NCBI GenBank assembly: GCA_951406725.2
Contig: OX597814.1
Span: 5,332,001 to 5,396,000 of the forward strand
Direction: 5' to 3'
Length of the DNA: 64,000 nucleotides
Source: Octopus vulgaris
Taxonomy: Eukaryota
The number at the start of each line of letters is the position of its first letter. The stretch's first letter is position 1. The notes under the pieces were generated by a model that ran no database searches, was not told the origin of the DNA, and worked only from the letters and a program-made list of their open reading frames with translations. Position numbers and translations under genes: made by a program. Of the stretch, positions 13,307 to 26,232 are shown in pieces.

Positions 13307-14407
13307 TCTGTATATATATATATACGGCAAGATGTGTGTGTGTGTACGTGATTGTAGTTTATGCACATCCACAAATTAGCACGCATGTCGCTCAAATTTT
13401 AGGAGGACATTCGTCAACATCCTATCTGGGTTTTGTCAACTTATTTTTTTCCCGTGGTACCCGCGGATAGCGGTAAAAATCTATTTTCAGCCATAACATT
13501 TAGCGGTAAAAATCTATTTTCAGCCATATCTTTTTGACGGCGTCTAACAAAAAAAAAAACAAGATAAAGAAAAGTGGAAGAGAGGCAGAGAGTTTTACGG
13601 GAAAGACAAAGTGAGAGAGGGAGAGAGAGAGAGTTAGTGATGACGTTCATAAAATATAAAATGTTTTGTCTTTTCTTAAACACGAGATATAGTGTTCAAA
13701 TTCAGGATGTTTTTGAAAGACACTATATTTTATAATCATACTTTCTCACACAACAATTACAATATATTTATTTAAAATCATTTATTTATTTAAAATCATT
13801 CCTCTTTCTCCCCCCTCTCTCTCACTCACATTACTTTGGGTGCGAAAGAGTTTTGTTTTTATTTTACGCCGAGTAAAAAAGTGTTTTGTTGACAATCCAT
13901 TTATTTAACAACAAAGAAACAAAGAGGTGAGTAGCAATTTGTCAGTGAATTGCTCAATATAAATGGGTACAATTTTCGGGGCTTCCACCACACCCACTCC
14001 GATTCACGGACCACAAAAAGGGTTTTGTAGTATATTAGTAGTTGATTCCACGCAAAAAAAAAAAAACGATTATTTTTCTTAGTGAAAATCGTGAGAGTGT
14101 TAATCTACAAATTTAACAACATTTTTCCATTCATTTCTGTTTATGAACATGTATGCATGCACAAAACATGCAATAGGTGTACGTACATACATGTGTGTTC
14201 GTGTCTGTTGCCCATATATATTTATATTATATTATATTATATTATATTATATTATATTATATTATATTATATATATATAATATAACCAATTTCAACGGAT
14301 TTTGCCCAAATTTGACGTCGATATTACTTTGTTTGGTTTGAAATAAAGAACTTGATTAGCTTAATAATCGTAACTTAATCCCGAGCAAGGCCGGGTTATA
14401 CTGCTAG
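13307..14407 (+). mobile_element. Non-autonomous Helitron-like element
   Basis: A|TC start; subterminal hairpin CCCGAGCAAGGCCGGG (14380-14395); ends CTGCTAG|T; internal 33-bp tandem duplication ~13468-13528. Confidence 0.65.
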
Positions 14408-14409
14408 TT

Positions 14410-16700
14410 TCCTATAAAAACTGTTTCAGGTTTTCTTCTTTTGAAAACTACCCTACGAGCTTTACAGTTGTATGCCAGACGTGTTTGGAGACATTTTGGC
14501 AGTGGTGTACTGCAATTGACAGCAAAACGGGAGCATCCCTGGTTTTGTGAGCCAAGGAGCCGTAACACTGCAGAAGAAAGATCTAAACAAGGGGGATATA
14601 ATAGATAACTTTAGGCCCATCACTCTGCTTAATGCAGACTTGAAAATTTTGGCCAAGGTGTTAGCCAAGAGGTTGGCGCTTGGCATCGAGAAACTGATCG
14701 AAAAGGCACAAACGTGCGCTGTGCTGGGCTGGAGCATCCATGACAACCTCCATCTGATACGCTACGTCATTGACAGGATAGTTAAGGAACCTGACATGGG
14801 TGGGGCCCTGATCAATTGGATCAATCGAAAACTTTCGATAGGGTAGACTATCGATACTTGGAGCCTGTCCTCAGAGTGGCTGGTTTCGGTCCTGACTTCC
14901 GCGGCTGGATAGCCGCTTTGTACAGAGGTATCTGCTCGGTAATTCGCATAAATGGACATCTATCAAGACCTTTCAACATTGCACGTTCGGTCTGTCAGGG
15001 ATGCCCCCTCTCGTCGCTTCTATACGTATTGACTATCGAGCCATTACTGCGGAAGCTGGTGACTCTGAGGGACATCCCGCGAGAATTGGGATGCGGGACG
15101 AGCGTGTCCGCATACGTGGACAACGTCACCATCATAGTGTCTAGCCACGAGCACATCGAGCAGGTTGGCGAGACACAGAAAGACTACAAAGCGGTGACAG
15201 GAGCGAAAATCAACTGGAAAAAGTCAGTGGGCTTGTGGCTCGGCACCTGGAGAAGCAAGCCCATGCCGTCCACCAGCGCCTCCATTGTGGGACACTGGAC
15301 CGATGGTCCGGTTGAGTTGCTCGGCGTCTGGTTTGGTCCGGACCTCCAAATGGAGAAGAACTGGAATGAGATAACGAGTAAGGTGGTCAAGCTCACTTGG
15401 CAATAGGCCGAGAGGAAACTGTCCCTAAAAGGTCAGGTGGAGGTGGCGAACATGTACATCGCGTCCATCATCTACTACTGCCTGGCCGTTGTACCTTGTC
15501 CTGACCCTTCCATCACCAAACTAGAATGCATTCTCTTCCGCTTCTTGTGGAAAGAATGTGTCCCGATGGTCAAGTAATCCATTTGCTGTCAACACCCGTT
15601 AAAAGGAGGACTGGGCATGATGTGGTTGATGATGCGCAGAAACGCGCTGAGACTGCGACATTTCCAGCTCTATGTAGACGATGGTCGCCGTTTGTGAGGC
15701 ACGCTTTCCTGCAACTTGTCTCCATGACCGCACTGCAGTCATGGATCAAAAAGAGGCCGAGGAAGGCCGAGTGTCGCGTTGCCCTCAAGCAACTATGCCG
15801 GCCTGGGTTGACCTTCAGCAACTTCAACACACCCAAAGCATTCTTTAGGGGATTAGTGGAGGGGAGGTATGATGAGCTCGGGGTGAACCTGGGCGTTGAT
15901 GAGGAATACCTGACCCGTCTGTTCAGGACGACTTTCGGGCCAGGACCTATGGACAACTTCCAGAGATCCCTGGCCTGGTAGTGCTACCGAGAAGCGCTAC
16001 CTGTTTAGGATAAGCTCTATAGACAAGGCTCGAGAAAAACGGAGCCGACCTGTGGGCTTATGTCGAACGACTGCTGTTACGTGGGGGATGAGTCGGTTTA
16101 TCAGCCGAGTCTATCGTCAATATTGTCACGCCTCCTTCCTTCAAACGGGGAGGAAGAGCTATTTTCATCATACTTGTGGCTATGGCGAAAGAATGTATCT
16201 GGTGGACGCATCTGAAAGGATTAGAGACAAATACTTTCCTCTCTGGTCAATCTCTCATCAACTTCTTCAAGTATCACTTGAAAAGGAAAGTGAGAGTAGA
16301 GAGGCAAGTTTTGTCTAGCGAATGTTTCAAAAAAAAGATGGGTGAACGTAGCAAGGATGGCACGTATGAATGACGAAGCCACCTTGACCATAATCCTATG
16401 AACCCGGAAAAATTTAAAACAGAGGGTTACCTACTTGCAAACAAATGTGTTAACATGTGACCTACTTGCAAACAAATGTGTTAACATGTGACATTATTGA
16501 CCGAAGTTACCGTGGTCTTTTCCGTAGGCTTTTCTTTCCACGGATAAACCTTATATGCTTCCCCCTTTACACGTTACATCATGACATTTCTGTGATACAC
16601 GATCGCTATTGATTGTTTTTTTTTCTCCCCCAAAAAGAAAAGCTCTACTTTGTAATTTGTCCCGTCTGTGTTCAGCCCTGTGTGGCTAATAAAGAAACAT
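14410..16700 (+). mobile_element. 5'-truncated L1/Tx1-clade LINE, frameshifted
   Basis: NFRPITLLNADLKILAKVLAKRL, DQSKTFDRVD, SVCQGCPLSSLLYVL, AYVDN (YADD-like), LGVWFG; AATAAA at 16688-16693. Confidence 0.88.
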
Positions 16701-16776
16701 ATTTTTTATGTCGTCTGTTGTAAATAATAATAAAATATATTTCAAGGTAAATTGTGTTAAAAGAGGGCAGAGGAGA

Positions 16777-16799
16777 AGTGTTTTTCTCGGAAAAACACT
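16777..16799. promoter_or_regulatory. GAS (STAT) element TTCTCGGAA within a 23-bp palindrome
   Basis: AGTGTTTTTC-TCG-GAAAAACACT; core TTCN3GAA at 16784-16792; function inferred. Confidence 0.45.
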
Positions 16800-16854
16800 G
16801 ATGTCATACAAAGTTGTTGTTAAACCAACCAACACCTTAAAAACGATCAAATAA

Positions 16855-16873
16855 AGTTTCAAGTTTCACTTTT
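16855..16873. promoter_or_regulatory. ISRE/IRF-E-like motif
   Basis: AGTTTCAAGTTTCACTTTT, tandem GAAA half-sites on minus strand, close to the AGTTTCNNTTTC consensus; ~20 bp before a consensus donor AG|GTAAGT at 16891/16892. Confidence 0.4.
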
Positions 16874-16891
16874 GCTCAGAGTTGTGACGAG
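16860..16891 (+). other. Candidate non-coding first exon of the PARP14-like gene (start unknown)
   Basis: Consensus donor GAG|GTAAGT in non-repetitive sequence just downstream of the GAS/ISRE motifs. Confidence 0.35.
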
Positions 16892-17499
16892 GTAAGTTTT
16901 TTTCGTTTTACATCTTCCTAATTTAATTTCTTTAATCCCGTCTCTCCATTGCTTTACAAATACTTTACAAAATCGATTTCAATACTTTTCCTTACATTAT
17001 AACTACATGGATTTGTTTCCTCTCAATTTTAAGAATGTATGTGTGTGTGTTTGTGTGTGCATGTGTGTGTGCGTATTTCCAAGTTTTGTAGGTATATGTG
17101 ATGTGTGTCATTACGTATGTCTGCAAAGCCATCGATATTTTCCCCCATCATCGGAACCTACAGCCTCTTAAAGCTATTTCTAGTAAATTTCATTCAAGAA
17201 CATCAACTTTTCTGAAAGTTACGAACAAACAAAATCGATGGAGGGGCACCTGTCTAGGTATGCCATGTTTTCTTGGTCATGAAATGAAGACCTGTAATAA
17301 AGTCACAAATAATTTGTCCCCCACCCCACCCAGGACAAAAGTCTCCTCGGACACCCCTCCCATAGTTTTCCTGTGACTTCTTTTTACCCGGGTTCCGTAA
17401 GATTATGTTGCAAGTTTTAACGTACGTCAAGCTAGAAATGGCAGCCAAATCTCCTCATATAGGGCACATCCAAGAAGGACAATTGCTTCATTAACAGGG

Positions 17500-17705
17500 A
17501 TACCAACACATCAGAAACGTTAGCACGCCGAGCGAAATACTTGGCGTTATTTCGTCTGTCTTTACTTTCTGAGTTCAAATTCTGCCAAAGTCGACTTTGC
17601 CTTTCATCCTTCTGGAGTCTATAAAATAAGTATCCGTGGGTTGATCTAATCGACTGGCCTCCTTCCCAAAAATTTTGGGCCTTGTGCCACAAGAAGAAAA
17701 GAATA
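17500..17705 (+). mobile_element. SINE (box B-like GAGTTCAAATTC) with tail related to the 115-bp satellite
   Basis: Ends TAAAATAAGTA..GGGTTGATCTAATCGACT..GGCCTTGTGCC; similar tail at 27480-27580. Confidence 0.7.
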
Positions 17706-17880
17706 TTTGAGACGATGGAGCTTTGTGGCAAATGACTGCCCCAGTAGAATGAAAATATATAGCAAATCTGGTCTAGGTTTGAAACAGGAGTTGTAGTGAG
17801 AAGCAACTCGTTTGGATTTGGTTTGAATCTCCGTACATACATACAGATATAGTATTCATTTCATACACACACACACACAC

Positions 17881-18247
17881 ATCGTGGCACTCCGTCGGTT
17901 GCGACGATGAGGGTTCCAGTTGATCCGATCAACGGAACAGCCTGCTCGTGAAATTAACGTGCAAGTGGCTGAGTACTCCACAGACACGTGGATCTCTCAG
18001 GGAGATTCAGTGTGACACAGAGTGTGTCGAGCCTGGCCCTTTGAAATACAGGTACAACAGGAAGAAGGACTGAGAGAAAGTTGCGGTGAAAGGGTACAGC
18101 AGGGTTCGCCACCAACCATTGCCGGGACCTCGTGGAGCTTTGTGTTTTCGCTCAATAAACACTCACAGCACCGGGTCTGGGGATCAAAACCGCGATCCTA
18201 CGACCGCGAGTCCACTGCCCTAACCACTGGGCCGTTGTGCCTCCACA
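17881..18247 (-). mobile_element. tRNA-derived SINE
   Basis: Minus strand head GGCCCAGTGGTTAGGG (box A-like) and GGTTTTGATCCCC (box B-like); further copies at ~35220-35345 and ~35640-35950. Confidence 0.75.
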
Positions 18248-18639
18248 CATAGACATATACAATACCTGTATACATTGATAAATGCTGTGTGGTTTTTAGT
18301 GAAAACGTGGGAATTATTTATCCAAGATTTCCCAACAGGTTTTCTATTAATTGAAGCCGCTTTAGTAAAAGGTTACTCTGTAATGTTTGTTGATCACGGA
18401 AATCTATTTACACGTTACGTCATCTTTTTTTACTGAGATTCATTTTCTGTCTTAATTTTATTGCTTTCATTTTGATTTCTTGGGTGTGGCGTTAAAAGGC
18501 CGTAACATGACACATGGGTTTTTGTTTAGATGTTTTCTTTCTCTCTTTCTTCCTTCCTTTATTTCCCCCTCTCCCCCGCCCCCCCTCTCTCTCTCTCTCG
18601 TTTTCGTCCTTCTGTGCCCCCTCCCACCAACTTTGTTTC

Positions 18640-20150
18640 CCTGTAACTTTCAGAGAAATGGGTATGGCTGTTATTGGTGGACCTGGCAAACGGTCACCGC
18701 CCCCGAAACCGACCATTCCAACTCTTTCTTTCACTGGATTCCTGTTTTCCATGACGGAGATTCCGAATATACAAAAAAAAAAAAAACCCCAAAACAACCC
18801 ACGTTTTCAAAATTTCTAATTCCCCCTCCCCTCCTTTTTAATTTCAATCTTTTTTTCCTAATTTTCTTTTCCAATCTACATGGAGGGCACTGTCATGCTT
18901 TTAGTTGTCAGGAGGAAAGTAGAAAAAGTGTGACGTCAATTTGACGTCACGTCCACCTTCGTTTGTTTCCGTAAAATATACGGTCTTCTATAATTTGTAA
19001 AAGGGTATCCGCTGTCCGATCTTCCACTGCCACTAAAAAACATCTTCTGGTATCTCTTTCTAAAGCACCAAATACCCACTGCGTTTTAACCCGATGGCCA
19101 ACATCATACTTTCTTCTAACAAACGCGCTTTCGTCTATCTCTACAATTCGATTCGGCCCTCCGGAGATTAAGAATAAGGTGTGGGATGGGATTTAATTTG
19201 AAATTTTCTATGAAAATCTCAGAAATTGATCCACACCCCTTCGTCGCCTCATCCGGCTGTCTAAAAGTGAAGATGAACATTTGTTTTGTCTGTTTGCGCA
19301 TGCGTAGATTTGTAGTGAAAAAGCAAAAGAATCAGGGCATGCGAAGCGCTCACCACGAAACTCAATATGCTAAAAATAACAGCTAAATGTCTGGAGAATT
19401 TTTGCATTTGTGTGTGCGCACGCGCAACAATTTCTGCAGCTTATCCAAATGAACAGAGAAAGTACACAGAAATATGTTTGGTTAATGTTGACATTGTTTC
19501 AATTTTTCTTAAAGTAACTCAAATTCCTTCCCCCAACCTGCACCCATCACCTCCGAATGTTTTACCGTTAGCATTTTTTAAAGCATCGAAGTTTTTCTTG
19601 AAATAATGTCGTTTAGCTGTTGTTTCTAGCACGTTGGGATTTCTGGTGGTGGTCTGATATTTTTGACATCTGCTATTTCAGTAGAATTCTATGCATTTGT
19701 GAAACATCAGACGAAAGTGAAACATTCTGAGTTTTTAGTTTTTTGAAAGCAGGGAGATGATGGGTGGTTGAGGTGGGGGAAGGGGCATTGTGTGTTTCTT
19801 AAAGAAAAACACACAATGAATTTTTTTTAAATTCTAAAAAGAGTTTAAAATTAAGAAATCAAAATTTTGAAAACTGGATTTTTTGACAAAACCATATTCT
19901 CCTATATCAAACACAGATATTCAAAAGAGTTTTTGGAAAAACACACCATAAATGGGTGGTGTACACATTCTTTACCTTTGCCAAATTTCATGGTTTTAAC
20001 AGGTGTAGTGTTTATCTTTACTTTAAAAAAGTGTGGTTGTTTGTATGTTTGGAATCTCCATCATCGAAAACAGGAATCCAGTGCAAATAAAAATAATCAG
20101 AAAGGTTAGTTTTGGGGTTGGTAACTGTGCACCAGGTCTGCCATAAAAAT
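18640..20150. repeat. Long degenerate foldback (nested inverted repeats), probably DNA-transposon derived
   Basis: 18732-18772 vs 20043-20083, ~18800-18850 vs ~19830-19878 and ~19350-19392 vs ~19606-19650 are reverse-complement matches in nested order. Confidence 0.6.
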
Positions 20151-20793
20151 ACATGGTGGGTGCACACATATTAATGGGGGTATGGTGCAAAATTAGTAAA
20201 CGGGGCAAAATGAGTAACTTCTGATTTCTTCCTCCCTATGTGAAATCCCTTACTTCGTAAGCATTGCATCGCCATTTTGTATTGCTACATTATACTTGGG
20301 GATAAAAACTGGTTGTTGCTGTTGAAGTTGTGGAAGTACAAAGCATAGTCAAGGGGCAGGTCCCCTTTTTTTTTGTGAAGAAATTTCTCTTCAACTTTGA
20401 CCCAATTGTAATTGAGGTTGCTAATAAAATATCTGGATAATCTTTCATGCTAAACAATCAATATTGATTTCTCTGCTTGATTCCAAGTTGATTTTTCCTC
20501 ATACTAATGTCTAATTTGATAATCTTCAAGTTTCCCAAAAGTTACAACGAGTAATGACTAATTTCAGTAATTTCTTCTCTTTAACTGCATGGTGGGTAAA
20601 TGTATCATGAAGGGAACATTCCAGCAGATCGTGAAGAAGAAGAAGAAGAATATTTTATGTTGGGTTTTCTTATATTTAGTTGAATTTCATTAATTTCATA
20701 TCCTGTGCCATTTTTTCCCTGATCCTCTTTCATTTTATTTAGATTTTTAAATGTTATTCTTTTGGCATGTCTGAATGTTTCTGACGTTTTCAG

Positions 20794-20846
20794 ATGGATA
20801 TCTGTATGCGTCTGTTTTCTGAAGAACTGAAGTAGTTTTTTGTAGG
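20794..20846 (+). other. Candidate 5' UTR exon containing a 13-codon uORF
   Basis: CTGAC branch-like site + TTTTCAG acceptor, GG|GTAAGT donor; ATG..TAG encodes MDICMRLFSEELK. Confidence 0.35.
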
Positions 20847-20999
20847 GTAAGTAAGCATTTGTGACAAAAATTTCTTTTATCTCAAACTCAAAAATGCATT
20901 AAATGCATCTCATTCGAGGCACATCACAATGTTTTTCCAAATTTCAAGTTTCATTTTGTGAATCTCTGTGAAGTGTGTCAGTATGTATGTGACCCACCT

Positions 21000-21560
21000 A
21001 TTTTAATAAGACTAGCATCAACAGAAACCTGAAAAGAAAACCTGCTGTAGAAAGGGTGTCACGGTAGCCAAAAGCTGCCCTTTAATCTCAGATTCCTACA
21101 AAGCCCTCCTCACTGTCACTTCTATAATGCTTCACTTGGACATATGTCTTTGTCAAGTCTACAAAGCAATTCCATTATACTTTCTGGCAAATTCTCACAA
21201 TTTCTCAAAGACCTGCTGTGGAGAGAATATCTGGTTGGTTGTGCCACGGCTAGGATGGAAACCACACTGATGTTCTTCCTCACATCTCTTTTCCAGACAT
21301 CAAGGAGGCTCAACAAAGAGTTTCCTCGAATCAGAGTTCTCTCTCTCTCTCTTCCTTTCTTTCTTGTCCCTTTTTGAAAATGATGATTACCACTCTGACC
21401 TGCCATTGCTTTGGTGTCTTTCCAGAGTTCCAAGCCATTTGGAATACATGAGACAGCCAGAGAATACCTTCTCCATTTAAGTTCTTTCACACCTCAGGCT
21501 CAGTTTCGTCCTCCCCCCCTTGTGCCGCTTGTCCACATTTTAGCAATTTAGTCACATCTG
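21000..21560 (-). mobile_element. RTE-clade RT fragment
   Basis: Minus frame reads EEHQCGFHPSRGTTNQIFSPQQVFEKL*EFA (QxGF..R.T.DQIF motif). Confidence 0.7.
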
Positions 21561-21654
21561 TGTCTTTAGCGTCTGTTAGTTTAGTCTTCATCCCTAGATG
21601 CACCTCCTGTCCACCGGAAGATTTTATTGTAACTGGAAACCAGAACTTTTGGCA

Positions 21655-21800
21655 TTGTCATCATCATCATTGTTCGACCGTGGTCGAGACAATGGAATTT
21701 ACTATGTTACGCCAGACTTCACGGTCCATCATAGCATTACGGAGGTCCTGTTGCTGGATGCCTGTATCCCTGGAGATTACAGGGCATTGTACAACAGAAA
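21655..21800 (-). mobile_element. LINE 3' end (RTE/RTE-X-like) with (TGA)n tail
   Basis: ISRDTGIQQQDLRNAMMDREVWRNIV followed by TGATGATGA. Confidence 0.65.
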
Positions 21801-22584
21801 GAACACCTATTTTTCCGTAAGTTGTAAGATAGTTGTTTTTACAAAATATGTAAAACATCTGAATGAGGTTTATCAAGAGTATGCACAGGAAAAAAATTAA
21901 GTTCTTTAATAATATGTTGTCTTTCAGAGATTCATTAAAAGAGAGAGAGAGAGAGAGTGGGAAAGGAGGGTGTGTGTGCTCATGTGTTCTAAGTTGGTCG
22001 ATCAAAGCAGTGAGAGAGAATGTCTATTCATGTTATATGAACCAAGATTGGTAAAACAACCTCAAGCAAAGTCAACTTACTCCTCAAGATTCTTTATGTA
22101 AAGCATTGGTAAGGCACCAAAGAATGGCATTGTGACAGGAATACAACAACCCCAACGAAGCAATTGACCAATCACAATTGCTGTATTATGTGGTTAAAGA
22201 CCAATGCGTTGTTTGCAGAAAACAGACCCTGGGAAAAAGCTAGTGAACTTTTGCACATCTTCCTCCCAACTCATACAGATGGCTCACACTAGGAAGGCCA
22301 GACTCACTTGCATTTTATGTGATATTATGCAGAGCCCCTTGTTTGCACCTTCCATGACAATACCTCTTACCAGCTTAAAAACTGGACAGTGTTTTTGCTT
22401 GCTGTCAACCATTGTCAACTGGTAAACATTTTGATTTTATAAACACAGGCATTTGTGCATTCATTTTCTATCACACGTTTGGCTAACACGTTATTCAGCT
22501 GACTTTGTTAAATGTGAAAATATCTTTTGTACATTCTCACAAACACACGTAAACCTTATTACCTTGCATAATGTTGTCAATTAA

Positions 22585-22802
22585 CCTTTTAGCATTTAGA
22601 CTGGCCAAATCTGGCCCTAGCATATAACATGTTTTATATTTAAACTGGAAAGATCCGGCCTTTGTAACACCTGCCCTACAATGTCATGCTAAAAAGATAA
22701 TCACGTTATCACAATGTTTAAGCTATGAGATAATGGCATCGATTCAAAACAATGTGAATAGACAAGCATTGCATTTGGCTGAGGAATCTGAATGGTAAAG
22801 GG
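22585..22802. mobile_element. piggyBac-type MITE
   Basis: TTAA|CCTTTTAGCATTTAGA ... TCTGAATGGTAAAGGG imperfect TIRs; right TTAA absent. Confidence 0.6.
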
Positions 22803-22986
22803 GGGAGATGGATTCCTGTCTGAATTCTGCCCAGTTGTTCTGATCTCTCTCTTAACTGTAATTATATGAGAGAGAGAGAGAGAGAGAGAATTTACTTTGA
22901 CAACAAATGATGTATTTAATACCTTAACAATGTTTTTTCCTAATTATTTTCTTTTCATTTGCAGAGCAAAAATACATGTTGAAATC

Positions 22987-22999
22987 ATGGAAAAGAGAG
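22987..22999 (+). CDS. PARP14-like gene, candidate first coding exon (exon 22965-22999; MEKR + 1 nt)
   Basis: Strong acceptor TTTTCTTTTCATTTGCAG, ATCATGG start context, donor AG|GTATTT; phase 1 matches next exon. Confidence 0.55.
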
Positions 23000-23839
23000 G
23001 TATTTATTTATTTTTTAATCACATTTATATAAAATTTTCTTTTTTGGATTTAAAGTTTCAAAAATAAAATTTGTGAAAACTTACTGAAAAAGCAATAAAA
23101 CCATTACCCATCATCATCATCATCATCATCATCATCATTTTTGCATCCCCTTTTCCTTTGCTTGCATAGATCTGATGGAATCCATTGAAGCAGCATTTTC
23201 AATGGCTGGGTGCCTCACCTGTCACCAACCTTCACCAGTTTCCAAGCAAGATAATATTCCTCAAATAACAAACGTGTTTCTGTAGAAGATTGGAAACAAA
23301 GGACACTGCTTGTTTCTCTGTGTCTGTCATTGACCACCACCGGGGAATGCCAAGAAAATTATATAAACACACACACATTTTTCTTATATACATATGCGTG
23401 TGTGTGTGTGTACTGGAATGAAAAGTGCAGGTGCAGAATGCTAGAATATTCTTTTGTATTGAATCTGTAAAAATAAAGGACAAGAAGAAAAATAGACACA
23501 AAAAATATTTTTGTTGAAGTTAAAATTTGCTAAATAATTTTCTGAAATTGTTCATGAAATAGTGTGTGTGTGTGCGCACACACACTTTTTGGGGTTTTCT
23601 TAATATTTTTTTGCTTTTTATTGCAATTCTTTTATCAATTCATGTCAATATTTCTGATTAAAAAATTTCCTTGTATTAAAGAAAAAACATTCTTATTTTT
23701 AGTGTTATATTATTTTTTTTATTTTTATTTTCTTCACAAAACTCATTAACCAAAAATTTTAAATCACTGAAATTGTGTTAAAATTATATTCATGTAGAAG
23801 TATTTTTCTGCAATATACACATGACCATGTCAACACTTC

Positions 23840-26232
23840 TGCTTGGAGTCGTTTACCGCCCCCCCCCCCAAATTATCGTCAAGACGCACAGCTTTTTGAT
23901 ATCCTCAGAGCTGCTGCCATGAAAACAGCCACGTATGTTTATATTGCGGGCGACTTCAATTTCCCTGAGATTGACTGGGAGGCCTGGCGTAGGCCGCAAA
24001 GTGCAGACGACTTCCTTGAACTGGTGCTGAATTCAAATTGGTCCCAAGTCGTTACCTCCCCGACAAGGGGCAACAACACTTTGGATCTGCTATTTATCGC
24101 TTCTCCTGAAACAATCATTAGTGTCACTACTGAAGAACCTTTAGGTTACTCTGATCATTCCATGATCATGGCCGATTTGTCTCTGATTGGTTGTAACAAA
24201 AACCACAACCATCTTCAGACTGCCCGCATTGACTGGAATAAAGCAGACTGGAGCTCTTATTGTACTGAGCTGCAACGCCCAAACTGGCTCGAATTTTATG
24301 CCTCTGGAGATGTGAACACTATACTCCAGAACACTATACAGAATTCAATATGGGCAGCATGTGCAGCATCAGTACCACGCAAGCACAAAAAACCACCAAA
24401 TAGTGCAATTTGGGAGACTGCAGCAGTCTGACTTGCCAGGAAAGAACGCCGTAATGCTGAACAGGAATACAAATTGCACAAATCAGAGATCAACAGGAAA
24501 AAGTGCAATAGGTCAGCCAACCACCTCAAGCAGGTGACAAAACAGGCAGTGCTTGAATTTGAACAACGCATTGCAACTAATCCTGACAGCAAAGTGTTCT
24601 GGAAGTATGTGCACTCCCCACTCTCCAGTTGGTCCCCTTCGCAATCCCCACACAGGACAGATTACTGGCAATCCCGAAGAATGTGCAGAAATAATTGCTG
24701 GATGCTATGCCGGCATCTTTACTGTCGAAGACCAAAATGTTCCATCTTCATCAACACTGACATCGGACTCTATATCTACTATGCAATTTACACCAGCAAT
24801 GCTACAACGCCACCTTAAGAATAAACGCAACTATGCCTCTCCTGGTCTCGATGGTGTTACATACCTACTTCTCAAACGCGGTGGGTACTTTCTTCTAAGC
24901 CAACTTTCTCTATTCTTCCAATTCTGTCCTGATAATGGTGTTACTCCAGAACAGTGGAAAACTGCCAGTGTTATCCCTCTGTTCAAAAAAGGCGACCGCT
25001 CATCGCCTGTCAACTATCGCCCCGTTAGTCTTACTAGCTACATCACATAACTGATGGAATCCTGTATCAGAGAAACCCTCTGGAACTTCTGGAAGTCTCA
25101 CAGCCTCATCCAGCCGTCACAATTTGGATTTATTCCTAACTCCAGCTGCTGTAATCAACTCATCGAGTTTCTTGAGGATGTTACCCAAATCTCTGATCGT
25201 GGATCCTTGGTGGATGTTGTTTACCAGGACTTTGCTAAGGCTTTTAACTCTGTGCCACACAAAAGACTTATGGTGAAGCTCTCTGCATTGGGCATAAGAG
25301 ACAAACTCTATAACTGGTTGAAGTCCTTTATTTTCAGCCGAAAAGAGGTTGTCACAGTTCTAGGACAGCACTCTTCACCCTATGAGATGACATCTGGTGT
25401 ACCACAGGGATCTGTTCTTGGCCCCCTTTTATTTGTTACATATGTTAATGACATAGATGCCAACTTAAAGAATGCCACAGTGCTGAAATATGCAGATGAC
25501 ATCAAGCTGTACCTTGAAATAAAGAGGTCAGATCCTGTACACTATAGACCTCTATTGCAAGCAGACCTGGACACAGTGGATCATGGACTGGCAACTCAAG
25601 CTGGCTGTGGACAAATGTACCACCATGCATTTTAGGAGGAGAAACCCAGCGTCCACCTACTCCCTCCACAACACTAATCTCAAAAAGTCTTCATGTGAAC
25701 GTGACCTGGGTGTTATTGTCGACAGTGATTTGCGTTGGACAAAACACATCGCTAAAATTGTCAAGAAGGCTGAGGGTGTCTTGGCATCACTCACCAAATC
25801 CTTTGTGAGACGCTCTCCGACTATCTATCTGCAGCTTCATATAGCTATGGTAAGACCTCACCTGGAATTTGCATCACTGGTCTGGAACCCCTATCTTGCC
25901 CAGGATGTTAATCGTCTGGAAGCCGTTCAGCGACGTGCAACCAAAAGAATACCTTCCATCAGGCATTTGCCATATTCTGAACGCCTTACTTCCTTGGGCA
26001 TGGACACATTGAAACTCCGACGTCTGGCAGCTGACTTGGCAGACACCCATAAAATTATCAACCATCTTACAAACAATAACTCTGAGCACCTTTTCAAACT
26101 CCACCCATCTAACACCCGTGGACATATTTACAAAGTCAGAAAACAGCACAGCTCCCATGACTTTAGGAAACATTTTTTCACGCTGAGAGTTGCTGAAGCA
26201 TGGAACAAACTGCCGGCGTCAGTTGTTAGTTG
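23840..26232 (+). mobile_element. CR1-clade LINE ORF2, 5'-truncated, 2 stops + 2 frameshifts
   Basis: AGDFNFPEIDW, TLDLL, SDH (APE); NYRPVSLTS, DFAKAFNSV, GVPQGSVLGPLLF, YADD; VRPHLEFA, AWNKLP. Confidence 0.92.

Noticed and set aside
18170-18247. tRNA gene
   Set aside because: Box A/B head continues into a multicopy SINE body; no clean cloverleaf
22030-22430. Possible mariner/Tc1 remnant (IVTG and HDN-like words)
   Set aside because: Too degraded to support; no TIRs found
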